Below are positions 9,145 through 18,106 of a DNA stretch of 52,513 nucleotides, piece after piece; the first letter of the stretch is position 1, and each line of letters starts with the position of its first letter. The stretch spans positions 1 to 52,513 of the forward strand of contig DATGDO010000245.1 of assembly GCA_035310805.1 (NCBI GenBank), in the 5' to 3' direction. A program made the position numbers and the translations under genes. Below the pieces are notes generated by a model. The model saw only the letters and a list, made by a program, of their open reading frames with translations. It was not told where the DNA came from and did not search any database. This DNA comes from Solirubrobacterales bacterium (lineage in GTDB: Bacteria; Actinomycetota; Thermoleophilia; Solirubrobacterales; 70-9).

Positions 9145-9639
9145 ATGCTGGGCAACGAATACGAGGGCCAGATCTGCTCCATCGCCCGCAGCCTCGAGCT
9201 GGTCGGCGAGCGCTGGACCCTGCTCGTGGTGCGCGAGATCTTCCACGGCAGGCGGAAGTTCTCCGAGATGCAGCGGTCGCTCGGCGTCGCCCGCAACGTG
9301 CTCACCGCCCGCCTCCAGCGAATGGTCGACGAGGGGATCCTCGAGCGCCGTCCCTACAGCGAGCGGCCCGAGCGCTACGAGTACTTCCTCACCGAGAAGG
9401 GGCTCGATCTATGGCCGGTGATGATCGCCCTGATGCACTGGGGTGACAAGTACGAGCCGCTGCCGGGCGGGCCACCCTCGCTCGTCGTCCACAAGGGCGA
9501 GTGCGGCGGCGAGATCGACGATCGCCGGATCTGCACCAAGTGCGGCAAGCACCTCAGTGTCCGCGAGGCTCGTGCCATCGACGGCCCGGGGATGAAGGCG
9601 GCGCTGGCCGCCGCCAGGCCTGCCGCAGTGGGAGCGTAG
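9145..9639 (+). CDS. HxlR-family winged-helix regulator with C-terminal Cys/His-containing extension
   Basis: HxlR core (CSIARSLELVGERWTLLVVREIFHGRRKFSEMQRSLGVARNVLTARLQRMV...YFLTEKG). An extra ~55 aa contains H-x3-C-x10-C-x2-C (HKGECGGEIDDRRICTKCG). Confidence 0.85.
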   Translation: MLGNEYEGQICSIARSLELVGERWTLLVVREIFHGRRKFSEMQRSLGVARNVLTARLQRMVDEGILERRPYSERPERYEYFLTEKGLDLWPVMIALMHWGDKYEPLPGGPPSLVVHKGECGGEIDDRRICTKCGKHLSVREARAIDGPGMKAALAAARPAAVGA

Positions 9640-9724
9640 GGCGCAGTCCGAAGCGACTTCCGAGGCCCGGCCGCTCGCGGTCGCGATCTGATCGCAAAGC
9701 CGTCCACCTAGACTGTCGCGCTCC

Positions 9725-10870
9725 GTGGACTTCGATCTGACCGACGAGCAGCGTCTGCTGCGGGACACGGTCCGCGACTTCGCCCGCCAGGAGGTCGCAC
9801 CGGTCGCCGAGGAGCTCGACCGGACCAAGGCCTTCCCCTACGAGCTGGTCGCGAAGATGGGCGAGCTCGGTCTGATGGGGATCCCGTTTCCCGAGGAGTA
9901 CGGCGGCGGCGGGGCCGACACGCTCTCCTACGCGCTCGCCGTCGAGGAGCTGACCCGGATCGACTCCTCGGTCGCGATCACGATGGCGGCGCACACATCC
10001 CTCGGCACGATGCCGATTCACCTCTGGGGCACCGACGTGCAGAAGGACGACTGGCTGCCGCAGCTCTGCAGCGGTCAGAAGCTGGCTGCGTTCGGCCTGA
10101 CGGAGCCCGAGGCCGGCTCCGACGCGGGCAACACGCAGACGCGAGCAGCCCTGCAGGGCGATCAGTGGGTCGTCAACGGCGCCAAGCAGTTCATCACCAA
10201 CTCCGGCACCGAGATCTCGGGCTGCGTGACGATCACCGCGGTCACCGGCCAGGAGAACGGCGCCAAGGAGATCTCGAACATCATCGTTCCCAACGGCGTG
10301 CCCGGCTACGAGCCCGGCGAGCCCTATCGCAAGATGGGCTGGAACGCCTCGGATACGAGGCCGCTCACCTTCGACGACTGCCGCGTCCCGGATGGCAACC
10401 TGCTCGGCCGCCGGGGCGACGGCTTCAAGCAGTTCCTGCAGATTCTCGACGGCGGGCGCATCGGCGTCGCCGCGATGGGCGTCGGTTTGGCCCAGGGCGC
10501 CCTGGACGAGGCGATCTCATACGCGAAGGAGCGGCGCGCCTTCGGCCAGCCGATCGGCAAGTTCCAGGCGATCCAGGCCAAGATCGCCGATCTCTCGGCC
10601 CAGATCGAGGCGGCCCGGCTGCTGGTCTACCGAGCGGCGGTTCTCAAGGAGCGAGGTGAGCCGTTCACGCTGACCGCCGCCCAGGCCAAGCTGATCACCG
10701 GGCGGCTGGCAGTCCGCGCGACCGAGGAGGCCGTGCAGATCCATGGCGGCTATGGCTACATCGAGGAGTACCCGGTCTGCCGCTTCTACCGCGACGCCAA
10801 GATCCTCACCATCGGCGAGGGCACCGACGAGGTGCAGCAGATGGTGATCGCGCGCCAGCTGGGGTGTTGA
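9725..10870 (+). CDS. acyl-CoA dehydrogenase (short/branched-chain type)
   Basis: 381 aa with ACAD motifs (GLTEPEAGSDAG, QIHGGYGYIEEYPVCRFYRDAKILTIGEGTDEVQ). GTG start. Confidence 0.9.
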   Translation: MDFDLTDEQRLLRDTVRDFARQEVAPVAEELDRTKAFPYELVAKMGELGLMGIPFPEEYGGGGADTLSYALAVEELTRIDSSVAITMAAHTSLGTMPIHLWGTDVQKDDWLPQLCSGQKLAAFGLTEPEAGSDAGNTQTRAALQGDQWVVNGAKQFITNSGTEISGCVTITAVTGQENGAKEISNIIVPNGVPGYEPGEPYRKMGWNASDTRPLTFDDCRVPDGNLLGRRGDGFKQFLQILDGGRIGVAAMGVGLAQGALDEAISYAKERRAFGQPIGKFQAIQAKIADLSAQIEAARLLVYRAAVLKERGEPFTLTAAQAKLITGRLAVRATEEAVQIHGGYGYIEEYPVCRFYRDAKILTIGEGTDEVQQMVIARQLGC

Positions 10871-10874
10871 CGAG

Positions 10875-10901
10875 CGGGGGTCGCTCGCGAGCCCCGTCTT
10901 T
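10875..10901 (+). terminator. candidate intrinsic terminator after the acyl-CoA dehydrogenase gene
   Basis: GC-rich hairpin CGGGG(G)TCGC-TC-GCGA(G)CCCCG with one mismatch, followed by TCTTT. It begins 5 nt after the stop codon. Confidence 0.35.
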
Positions 10902-10915
10902 GCGGCGCAGCCGTC

Positions 10916-11383
10916 CTAGCCCTCGGCAGGGACCGCGGTGATCTCGTCCGCGTCGTGCTCGGCCACCTCGGCCGCTCTACCCTGCCCCTCGCCGACACCC
11001 CAGTGAGCGCAGAGCTCCAGCTCCTGCAATGCCGTCAGGGACTCGTTCGGGCGAAAGCGCGGCGCCTCGCGGATCCAGTCTCGGTCGTAGGCGGCCCAGA
11101 GGCGGCCCGCCCCCTCGGCGACGTGCTCAAAGGGGATCGCGGTGCAGCCCGCGAGCGGTCCCAGCCGGATCAGCGCCCAGCGTGGCTCTCCGTCCTCGGC
11201 CGCGACGTGGATCCCGGCTATCCGGCCGAGCCTCCTCCCCTCGAGCCCGTCGATCCGCATGCCCTTCCACTCCATGGCCTCCTCGAGGGTGGGAAGCGGG
11301 ACCTTGCCGTGCTTTGATCCTTCGGCGCTGTTCGTGGTCGCCGCTTCTGAGCTGGGTTGCGTCTTCGACTCGGCCTCAGCCAT
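10916..11383 (-). CDS. PRC-barrel domain protein
   Basis: WKGMRIDGLEGRRLGRIAGIHVAAEDGEPRWALIRLG pattern. Its ATG overlaps the meaB stop by 8 nt (ATGGCTGA). Confidence 0.55.
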   Translation of the reverse strand: MAEAESKTQPSSEAATTNSAEGSKHGKVPLPTLEEAMEWKGMRIDGLEGRRLGRIAGIHVAAEDGEPRWALIRLGPLAGCTAIPFEHVAEGAGRLWAAYDRDWIREAPRFRPNESLTALQELELCAHWGVGEGQGRAAEVAEHDADEITAVPAEG

Positions 11384-12329
11384 CGTCTCGCTCCAGCAGC
11401 TCCTTCGCCGCGCTGGCCGGATCCAGCTCCCGCTTGACGACACGAGCCAGCAGCTCGCGGACGGATGGATCGTCCGTGACAGCCGCCGCCAGGCGCCGCC
11501 GCATCCGTGCTGCCGCCACCTCCAGCACCTCGTTGCGCAGGTTGCGCGCCCGCCGTTCATCGAGGGTTCCCTCCGTCTCGATGTGGGCGCGGTGCTCGGC
11601 GATCTTCTCGGCGAGCTCCGCCACGCCCTCTCCCTTGGCCGCCTCGGTCCGGAGGATCGGGACCTTCCAGGAGGTCGGGGGCCCCAGCGAGAGGACTCCG
11701 CGGATCTCGCGGATCATCGTGTCCGTCATCGGATGGTCCGCCTTGTTGACGACGATCACGTCGGGGATCTCCATGACGCCGGCCTTCAGAGCCTGGATCG
11801 AATCGCCCGATCCAGGCATCAGGACCAGCACGATCGTGTCGCCGTGATCGACGATGTCGATCTCGGCCTGCCCGACGCCGACGGTCTCGATGAAGACGTC
11901 GTCCTTGCCGGAGGCGTCCATCAGCAGCGCCGCCTGCAGCGTCGCCTCGGAGAGGCCGCCGAGCGCGCCGCGGCTGGCCATCGAGCGGATGAAGACGCCG
12001 GGATCGAGGAAGTGCTCGGAGAGCCGGATGCGGTCACCGAGCAGGGCGCCTCTGGTGAAGGGGCTGGAGGGATCGATCGAGAGGACGGCGACCTCCCGGT
12101 CTGCCTTCCGCATCTCGGCCGTGAGAGCGCCGATCAGGGTGCTCTTCCCGACGCCGGGGGGCCCGGTCAGGCCGACGATCCTTGCCCTTCCCGTGCGGGG
12201 GAAGACCTCGCGGACGAGCTCCCAGCCGGCCGGATCGTCGTTCTCGATCAGCGTGATCGCCCGCGCCAGGGCCCGCTTGTCCCCCGCGACGAGCCGCTCG
12301 GCCAGGCTCTCCTGCGTCTTCTGCGCCAC
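11376..12329 (-). CDS. meaB: methylmalonyl-CoA mutase-associated G3E GTPase (MeaB/ArgK)
   Basis: P-loop GPPGVGKST, VVNKAD, and overall MeaB layout (317 aa). Confidence 0.9.
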   Translation of the reverse strand: MAQKTQESLAERLVAGDKRALARAITLIENDDPAGWELVREVFPRTGRARIVGLTGPPGVGKSTLIGALTAEMRKADREVAVLSIDPSSPFTRGALLGDRIRLSEHFLDPGVFIRSMASRGALGGLSEATLQAALLMDASGKDDVFIETVGVGQAEIDIVDHGDTIVLVLMPGSGDSIQALKAGVMEIPDVIVVNKADHPMTDTMIREIRGVLSLGPPTSWKVPILRTEAAKGEGVAELAEKIAEHRAHIETEGTLDERRARNLRNEVLEVAAARMRRRLAAAVTDDPSVRELLARVVKRELDPASAAKELLERDDG

Positions 12330-12388
12330 GGCCGGTGAGTCTAGGTGCGCGGACGGTCGCCGGCCTCCCGAACCTAGACTCCCCGCCC

Positions 12389-13009
12389 GTGGTAAGGCTG
12401 CTCGGCTTCCTGCGCCGCAACGGCATGCTCAACGCACGCTACGCCCGGCTGCTCTGGCGATACCTCTGGCGCCGCTTCCTCACGCCGGCCGGCTGGCGCT
12501 GGAAGACCGACGGCCCGGTGTTCTTCGGCAGGCACCTGCAGCTGCAGATCGCCAAGGGCGCCGAGGTCCGATTCGGCCGCTTCTCCTGGATCGGCGACGG
12601 CACCAAGATCCGTTGCCACGAGGGCGTCGTCGAGATCGGCGCCAAGACCGTGTTCGGCCAGGAGTGCACGATCTCGGCCTACAGGCGGGTGCGGATCGGG
12701 GAGCAGTGCGTGATCGCGGACCGGGCCATGTTCATCGACTTCGACCACGGCGTCGTCGAGGTGGAACGGCCGATCCGCCGGCAGGGCATCTACATGCGCG
12801 AGTGCGTGATCGGCTCCAACGTCTGGGTGGGCTACGGAGCCTGCTTCCTGCGCGGCGTCCGGGTCGGCGACAACGCGGTCGTGGGCACGAACTCCGTCGT
12901 CACCAGGGACGTCCCCGCCAACGCCGTCGTGGGCGGCGTGCCGGCGAAGGTTATCCGCATGCGAGAGGCCCCCAGGGAGCTGCGCTGGCCGGATCCGGTC
13001 GAGCCCTGA
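12389..13009 (+). CDS. hexapeptide-repeat (LbH) acyl/acetyltransferase
   Basis: Left-handed beta-helix repeats (IGSNVWVGYGACFLRGVRVGDNAVVGTNSVVTRDVPANAVVGGVPAKV). The start is ambiguous: GTG 12389 was chosen, and ATG 12425 is the alternative. Confidence 0.75.
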   Translation: MVRLLGFLRRNGMLNARYARLLWRYLWRRFLTPAGWRWKTDGPVFFGRHLQLQIAKGAEVRFGRFSWIGDGTKIRCHEGVVEIGAKTVFGQECTISAYRRVRIGEQCVIADRAMFIDFDHGVVEVERPIRRQGIYMRECVIGSNVWVGYGACFLRGVRVGDNAVVGTNSVVTRDVPANAVVGGVPAKVIRMREAPRELRWPDPVEP

Positions 13010-13016
13010 GACGACG

Positions 13017-13265
13017 CTAGAGCCTCCTCCCGGAAGCGAACAGAAGGATGCCGGCCGCCACAGCGACGGCTCCGGTGATCCAGAAGACGAGGCTGCCCGA
13101 GCTGGCCGCGGCGGCGATCAGGGCGACCCCGACCACCACGAGCGGCAGCCCGAAGGAGATCGGAACGCTGACGTTGAGGCCGGGGCCGAAGTCGGGCGCC
13201 CTGCGCTTCGGCCTCGACTGGCGCGACGGATAGACCTCCCGGCGCCCGTTTGGGAGCCGGGTCAC
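13017..13265 (-). CDS. small two-TM membrane protein (82 aa)
   Basis: Two hydrophobic helices after a basic N-terminus. It lies 18 nt downstream of the GT4 gene on the same strand. GTG start. Confidence 0.45.
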   Translation of the reverse strand: MTRLPNGRREVYPSRQSRPKRRAPDFGPGLNVSVPISFGLPLVVVGVALIAAAASSGSLVFWITGAVAVAAGILLFASGRRL

Positions 13266-13283
13266 CGGCGCGCCTGCCCCCGG

Positions 13284-14501
13284 TCAGCCCTCATCGACCG
13301 CGGCGGCGCGCCTGCCCACCAGCTCGGCGTAGACCCCGCCCGTTCGCTCGGCGACGTCGCCCCAGTCGAAACGGCGCAGGTGCTCGAAGGCCTCGGCGGT
13401 GAGGCGGCGGCAGAGCTTGGCGTCGTCGAGCACGCGGACCATCATCTCCGCCAGCGACTGCGGGTCGCGTGCCCGAAAGCGCAGCCCGACCTCGTCGTGC
13501 GGGACGACCTCCCGCAGCCCGCCGGTGTCGGCGACGATGCAGGGACAGCTCGACGCCATCGCCTCGAGGGCGACCAGCCCGAACGGTTCGTAGATCGAGG
13601 GGACCACGCAGACGTCGGCGATCCGGTAGAGGGAATGGAGGACGTCGTCGCCGATCCAGCCGACGAAGGTGCCGTGCTCCATCAGGCCGAGGTCGTCGGC
13701 CTGGTGCCGGAGCTCCTGCTCGTGGGTGCCCGAGCCGGCGACCACGAAGCGGGTGTTCGGCAGCAGCTCGATCACCTCGGGCAGCGCTTCCAGCGCGAAC
13801 TGGAAGCCCTTCTCGTAGACCAGGCGGCCCACCAGCAGGACCAGCGACTGATCGGGCTCGGCGAACTCGGCCCGCAGGCGGCGAAGCTCGTCGCCGTCGT
13901 GGGGCTGCAGGTCCTCGGGGTCGATCCCGTTCGGGATCACCTCGATCGCCGTCTCGGGTACGCCGAAGACGTCGACGATCTGCTCCCGCATGAAGGTCGA
14001 GCAGGCGATCACGCGCTCGGACCGGTTCGTGATCCAGCGCTCGACCCCGTGGATGTAGGCCTGTGGATGCTTGTCCACCCATCCTTGGTGCCGTCCATGC
14101 TCGGTTGCGTGGATCGTCGTCACCAGCGGGGAGTCGAACCGGCGGGCGAGGTGGTCGCAGGCATTGGCGACCAGCCAGTCATGGCCGTGGACCAGGTCGA
14201 AGTCGTAGCGGTCGCCCAGCTCGACGCCCGCGGCCAGCATGTCGGAGTTCATCCTCTCGACCCAGGCGACGAACTCGTTGAGCTCGGCGGGCCTGGTGGG
14301 CTCCATGACGCGATGGACGTGGACGCCGGCCATGATCTCCTCGGATGGCGACTCCTCCCCTCCGCGGGTGAGCACGTGGACCTCGATGTCCCGCTCCGAG
14401 AGCGCCTCGGCGAGCTTGCGGACGTGCCGCGCCAGGCCTCCCTCGATCAGGGGCGGGTACTCCCAGGAGAGGATCAGGACCCGGTTCATGGAGGCCGTCA
14501 T
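13284..14501 (-). CDS. GT4 family glycosyltransferase (glycogen-synthase-like, Rv3032-like alpha-1,4-glucosyltransferase candidate)
   Basis: N-terminus MNRVLILSWEYPPLIEGGLARHV, and a C-terminal GT-B E-x7-E region (PSIYEPFGLVALEAMASSCP). Confidence 0.85.
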   Translation of the reverse strand: MTASMNRVLILSWEYPPLIEGGLARHVRKLAEALSERDIEVHVLTRGGEESPSEEIMAGVHVHRVMEPTRPAELNEFVAWVERMNSDMLAAGVELGDRYDFDLVHGHDWLVANACDHLARRFDSPLVTTIHATEHGRHQGWVDKHPQAYIHGVERWITNRSERVIACSTFMREQIVDVFGVPETAIEVIPNGIDPEDLQPHDGDELRRLRAEFAEPDQSLVLLVGRLVYEKGFQFALEALPEVIELLPNTRFVVAGSGTHEQELRHQADDLGLMEHGTFVGWIGDDVLHSLYRIADVCVVPSIYEPFGLVALEAMASSCPCIVADTGGLREVVPHDEVGLRFRARDPQSLAEMMVRVLDDAKLCRRLTAEAFEHLRRFDWGDVAERTGGVYAELVGRRAAAVDEG

Positions 14502-14529
14502 TTCCAGCGAGATGTTTCTGGACGGGGCA

Positions 14530-15942
14530 CTAGGGCTCGAGCAGCGGCGCCAGGCTCAGGTCGGGGGCGAGATTGCGCACGCGTGGGTCTACTCCCCCGG
14601 AGGAGTCTATGGCCTCGAGCAGGCTCTGGGCGTGGGCCGTGGCGCGCGTGTACGGGTAGTCCCCGGCCTGGCCACGGTGGTCCATGAAGGCCCAGTCGCT
14701 CGACTGCAGCGCGAGCAGCTCGCGGGCGGCGCGCATCGCAGCGGAGCCCTGCGTCAGCCCCCGACCGAGGGCCCGGAGCAGCCGAAGCTCGCAGCGCCTG
14801 GTCGCCCAGACGAGGTCCGAGACCGACGGAGAATCCCAGGTCTCCATGCTCTTGCCCTCACCCCAGCTGGCCTCGGCCGCCGGTCGTTCCTCGGCCTCGT
14901 GCTCCGTGAGCGCCTGCGGGAGGGTGAGCAGGCGCACCCCATCGAGCTCGGCCCCCCTGATCACCTCACGCAGCCAGATCGGTCCCTCCGCCCACCAGTG
15001 CCCGAGCAACTCCGTGTCGGTGGCGAACACGCAGAGTCCGCGGCGGCCGCCTTCCGCTCGGTGGCGCTCGAGCCGGTCGCGCACGGCGGCGAGGAACAAG
15101 GCGGCGTGCTCGGTCGCCCGCTTGGCGGCCGCGGCCGGGCTGTACGGCGCCCCCGAGATCGACCAGAGCCGCATGCCGTTGGCGGAGAGCCGGTGGTACT
15201 CGAGATAGACGTCGTCGGAGGGGTATCCACCATCTGACCAGACGAGTCGCACGGTCGGCCAGTCGATCGTGAACGCAACCGGGCCGCCGGGCAGGCGAAT
15301 CGGGGCGAGCGCCGCGGTGCCGCGCTCGTGCGAGCTCTGGTCCAGGCAGGTGTAGGCGAGACCCCGCTCGGCGAGGACGCCCTCGAGGCCGGCGACGTAG
15401 GCGCACTCCGGCAGCCAGAAGCCGGTGGCCTCCCCGAAGCGCCGCTCGTGCGACCGGAGCCCGGCGTCGACCTGGAGACGCCGTCCGGCGAGGGTGGCGA
15501 GCTTGGGGAGCACGGCGTGGGTGGCCGCCGAGGCCATCAGCGCGATCCGGCCCTTGGCGTGCGACTCCTGGAAGGCGCGCAGCGGATCGCCCCCGAGCTT
15601 CGACAGGCCCTTGATCGCGCGGGTGTGGTGCTCGGCCTCGGCCTTCGCGGCGGGGCGCAGGGCGGGCTCGGCGTCGGCGACGTCCCGGTCGGCTGCGTCG
15701 ACTCTGTGGCGCCGGAGGAATCTGCGCATCCTCTCCCCCACCCCATCCGCCTCCAGCTGGTCCGCGAGCACCGGCGTGATCGTCATCGTGATGCACTCGG
15801 CGACGTCGAGCACCGGCAGGTGGGAGCGCGCGAAGGCGTCGAAGAGCCACTCCTCACCGAAGGGATAGGTGCCGAAGCCCTCCACGTAGGGCATGTGCGA
15901 GTGGAGGACGATCGCCAGGTCGCCGACTGTGCGGTCAGCCAT
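14530..15942 (-). CDS. glycoside hydrolase family 57 protein (Rv3031-like)
   Basis: GH57 N-terminal signature (LAIVLHSHMPYVEGFGTYPFGEEWLFDA) and 470 aa length. Confidence 0.8.
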   Translation of the reverse strand: MADRTVGDLAIVLHSHMPYVEGFGTYPFGEEWLFDAFARSHLPVLDVAECITMTITPVLADQLEADGVGERMRRFLRRHRVDAADRDVADAEPALRPAAKAEAEHHTRAIKGLSKLGGDPLRAFQESHAKGRIALMASAATHAVLPKLATLAGRRLQVDAGLRSHERRFGEATGFWLPECAYVAGLEGVLAERGLAYTCLDQSSHERGTAALAPIRLPGGPVAFTIDWPTVRLVWSDGGYPSDDVYLEYHRLSANGMRLWSISGAPYSPAAAAKRATEHAALFLAAVRDRLERHRAEGGRRGLCVFATDTELLGHWWAEGPIWLREVIRGAELDGVRLLTLPQALTEHEAEERPAAEASWGEGKSMETWDSPSVSDLVWATRRCELRLLRALGRGLTQGSAAMRAARELLALQSSDWAFMDHRGQAGDYPYTRATAHAQSLLEAIDSSGGVDPRVRNLAPDLSLAPLLEP

Positions 15943-15947
15943 GGCGA

Positions 15948-16706
15948 TCAGGCGTGGCAGAAGGCGATCAAGTCGAGCGCTCGATCGAGGTCGGCCGACC
16001 GGAGGCGAAAGTCCCTGGCGCTGATCGCCGGGATGAAGCGGTCGTAGAACGGCTTGGTGACCTGGAGCGCCGGGTGGATCCGGTCCCAGCCGAGCCGGAG
16101 CGCCAGCTCGTGCGCCCGCAGCTTGCGGGCGTGGAAGAGGCCGTGCAGCTCGACCCGCTGGAAGTGCGCCTCCAGCAGCTCCCGGTACTGCACGGCGTCG
16201 TACTCACGCAGGTGCCAGGGGTTGTCCGACTTCTCGGCCCCCGGCGGGGCCAGCGTGAGCCGGTTGGGAGTCGAGATGTAGGCGACCGGCGCCAGCTGCG
16301 CGATCTGCTCGAGCAGGCGAGCCGGCTCGTGGATGTGCTCGATCGTCTGCAGGAAGACCACGGCGTCGAACTCGTCCTCGAACTCCTCGACCAGCCCCAG
16401 GCGGAAGCTCAGGTTCGGCCGGCGGTAGCGGGCGCTGGCGTGCTCGTAGGCGTCGGGGTTGGCGTCCACTCCGATCACCACGGAGGCGCGCCGCGCCAGC
16501 AGATCCGAGCCGTAGCCCTCCCCGCAGGCCAGGTCGACCACCCGCAGGCCCTCGCAGCGCGCGGCGATCCATTCGTACACGGCGACGTGCCGCCGGTACC
16601 AGTAGTTCTCCTCCGGCACGTCGGGCAGCGTGCGCTCCCCCGTGAGCTCGAGCGGCGGCACCCCCTCGGGCTGGTTCTCCTGCAGGTAGTGCATGCGGGG
16701 CAACAT
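15948..16706 (-). CDS. class I SAM-dependent methyltransferase (Rv3030-like)
   Basis: SAM motif I VVDLACGEGYG and post-I/II motifs. It lies 5 nt upstream of the GH57 gene. Confidence 0.8.
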   Translation of the reverse strand: MLPRMHYLQENQPEGVPPLELTGERTLPDVPEENYWYRRHVAVYEWIAARCEGLRVVDLACGEGYGSDLLARRASVVIGVDANPDAYEHASARYRRPNLSFRLGLVEEFEDEFDAVVFLQTIEHIHEPARLLEQIAQLAPVAYISTPNRLTLAPPGAEKSDNPWHLREYDAVQYRELLEAHFQRVELHGLFHARKLRAHELALRLGWDRIHPALQVTKPFYDRFIPAISARDFRLRSADLDRALDLIAFCHA

Positions 16707-16796
16707 AGAACGACCGGCACGTCCTCCGCTTCGCGTCCGGGGATCAAGGCGCCGCGAGCCCCAGGCACCGCCCTAAGATGCCCGCCGGTGCCCAGC

Positions 16797-17738
16797 ATGA
16801 AAAAGGTTGCGCCTCGCTCCGCTGCGGCGCACCCTCGCATAAGCCCCGAGCGGATCAAGGAGGTCAACGAGCGCTACCACGACGCGGCGGCGGCCTCGTA
16901 TGACTCCAAGTGGGGCATCGACTTCGGGGACATCGGCCGGCAGCAGGTCTCGGGCAAGCTGCGCAAGGCGCTCGGCCGCTGGCCCGATCGGCCCTTCGGG
17001 GACACCCTCGAGATCGGCGCCGGAACCGGGTACTTCTCGCTCAACCTGCTGCAGACCGGCGCGATCGAGCGCGCCACCGCGACGGACATCTCCCCGGGAA
17101 TGCTGGCGAGGCTCGAGGCCAATGCGGAGCGGCTGGGCCTCGCGGTGCGCACCGCCGCGGCCGAGGCGGAGACGCTGCCCTTCCCGGACGAGAGCTTCGA
17201 TCTCGTCTTCGGCCACGCGGTCCTGCATCACATCCCTGACCTGGGCAGCGCCTTCTCCGAGTTCGCCCGGGTCCTTCGTCCCGGCGGGACCATCGCCTTC
17301 TGCGGCGAGCCCTCGCGCTATGGCGACCTTCTCGCGGCCATCCCCAAGCGCACCGCGCTCCTCACCGCGCCGCTCTGGCGGCGACTGGTCGGCGCCTCGG
17401 CCCGCGACAACGAGGCGGAGGCGAGCGCCGAGAACGGCCACGACCTCGAGCCCGAGGTCGATGTTCACTCCTTCTCCCCCGGTGACCTGCGTCGCTTCTG
17501 CGAGGCGGCGGACCTCGAGGAGACCAGGGTGCGCGGTGAGGAGCTGCTCGCCTCGATCCACGGATGGACGGTGAGGACCCTCGAGGCGAGCGCCGTGCCC
17601 GACGAGGTGCCCTGGAGGTGGCGACGCTTCGCGTTCCACAGCTATCTGGCCCTGCAGCGCCTGGACAACCAGGTGCTTGAGCCGCGCCTGCCGCCCCAGC
17701 TCTTCTACAACCTGCTGGTCTCCGCCCGGCGGCCCTAG
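16797..17738 (+). CDS. class I SAM-dependent methyltransferase with C-terminal extension (Rv3037c-like)
   Basis: Motif I LEIGAGTGYF, plus FDLVFGHAVLHHIPD and LRPGGTIAF. ATG 16797 was chosen; the 594-aa ORF-track version is an antisense shadow upstream. Confidence 0.8.
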   Translation: MKKVAPRSAAAHPRISPERIKEVNERYHDAAAASYDSKWGIDFGDIGRQQVSGKLRKALGRWPDRPFGDTLEIGAGTGYFSLNLLQTGAIERATATDISPGMLARLEANAERLGLAVRTAAAEAETLPFPDESFDLVFGHAVLHHIPDLGSAFSEFARVLRPGGTIAFCGEPSRYGDLLAAIPKRTALLTAPLWRRLVGASARDNEAEASAENGHDLEPEVDVHSFSPGDLRRFCEAADLEETRVRGEELLASIHGWTVRTLEASAVPDEVPWRWRRFAFHSYLALQRLDNQVLEPRLPPQLFYNLLVSARRP

Positions 17739-17779
17739 CCGGGCCGGCTGCGAGCGGCCGGCGGCCCTCCAACCGGACG

Positions 17780-18106
17780 CTAGCCGCGGCCGCCAGGCTC
17801 CTCGTCCACCGTGCGGTCCGCCCACGGGATCGCCTCGAGGCGCCCATCCGGGATCGGATCGCCGCTGACGACCGAGACGCCGTAGGTCCCCTGCTCCAGG
17901 CGGGCCTCGGCGCGCTCGATCGCCTCCAGGGTCTGGCGCAGGTCCTGCCGCAGGGCGTTGTCGGTACCGGCCTGCTCGAGCTCGTTGGCCTGATCGCCGA
18001 TGTCCTCGGGCTGATCGGCCGCCTGCGGCTGACCGAGCCCTTCCAGCTCCTTCTCGATCCGGGCCCGCTCCTCGGCGAGCCGCTCGCGTGCGCGTTCGCG
18101 GTCCAC
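17780..18106 (-). CDS. DksA/TraR-like protein lacking all four zinc-finger cysteines
   Basis: Coiled-coil N-half, then LEQGTYGVSVVSGDPIPDGRLEAIPWADRTV. This aligns by eye to the DksA/TraR motif GxYGxCxxCGxxIxxxRLxAxPxAxxCxxC with the Cys residues replaced by S, S, V and E. Confidence 0.55.
   Translation of the reverse strand: MDRERARERLAEERARIEKELEGLGQPQAADQPEDIGDQANELEQAGTDNALRQDLRQTLEAIERAEARLEQGTYGVSVVSGDPIPDGRLEAIPWADRTVDEEPGGRG

Noticed and set aside
15954-16796. N-terminal 281 codons of the 594-aa plus-strand ORF
   Set aside because: It lies antisense to the well-supported methyltransferase gene (15948-16706). Methyltransferase homology on the plus strand begins only after ATG 16797.
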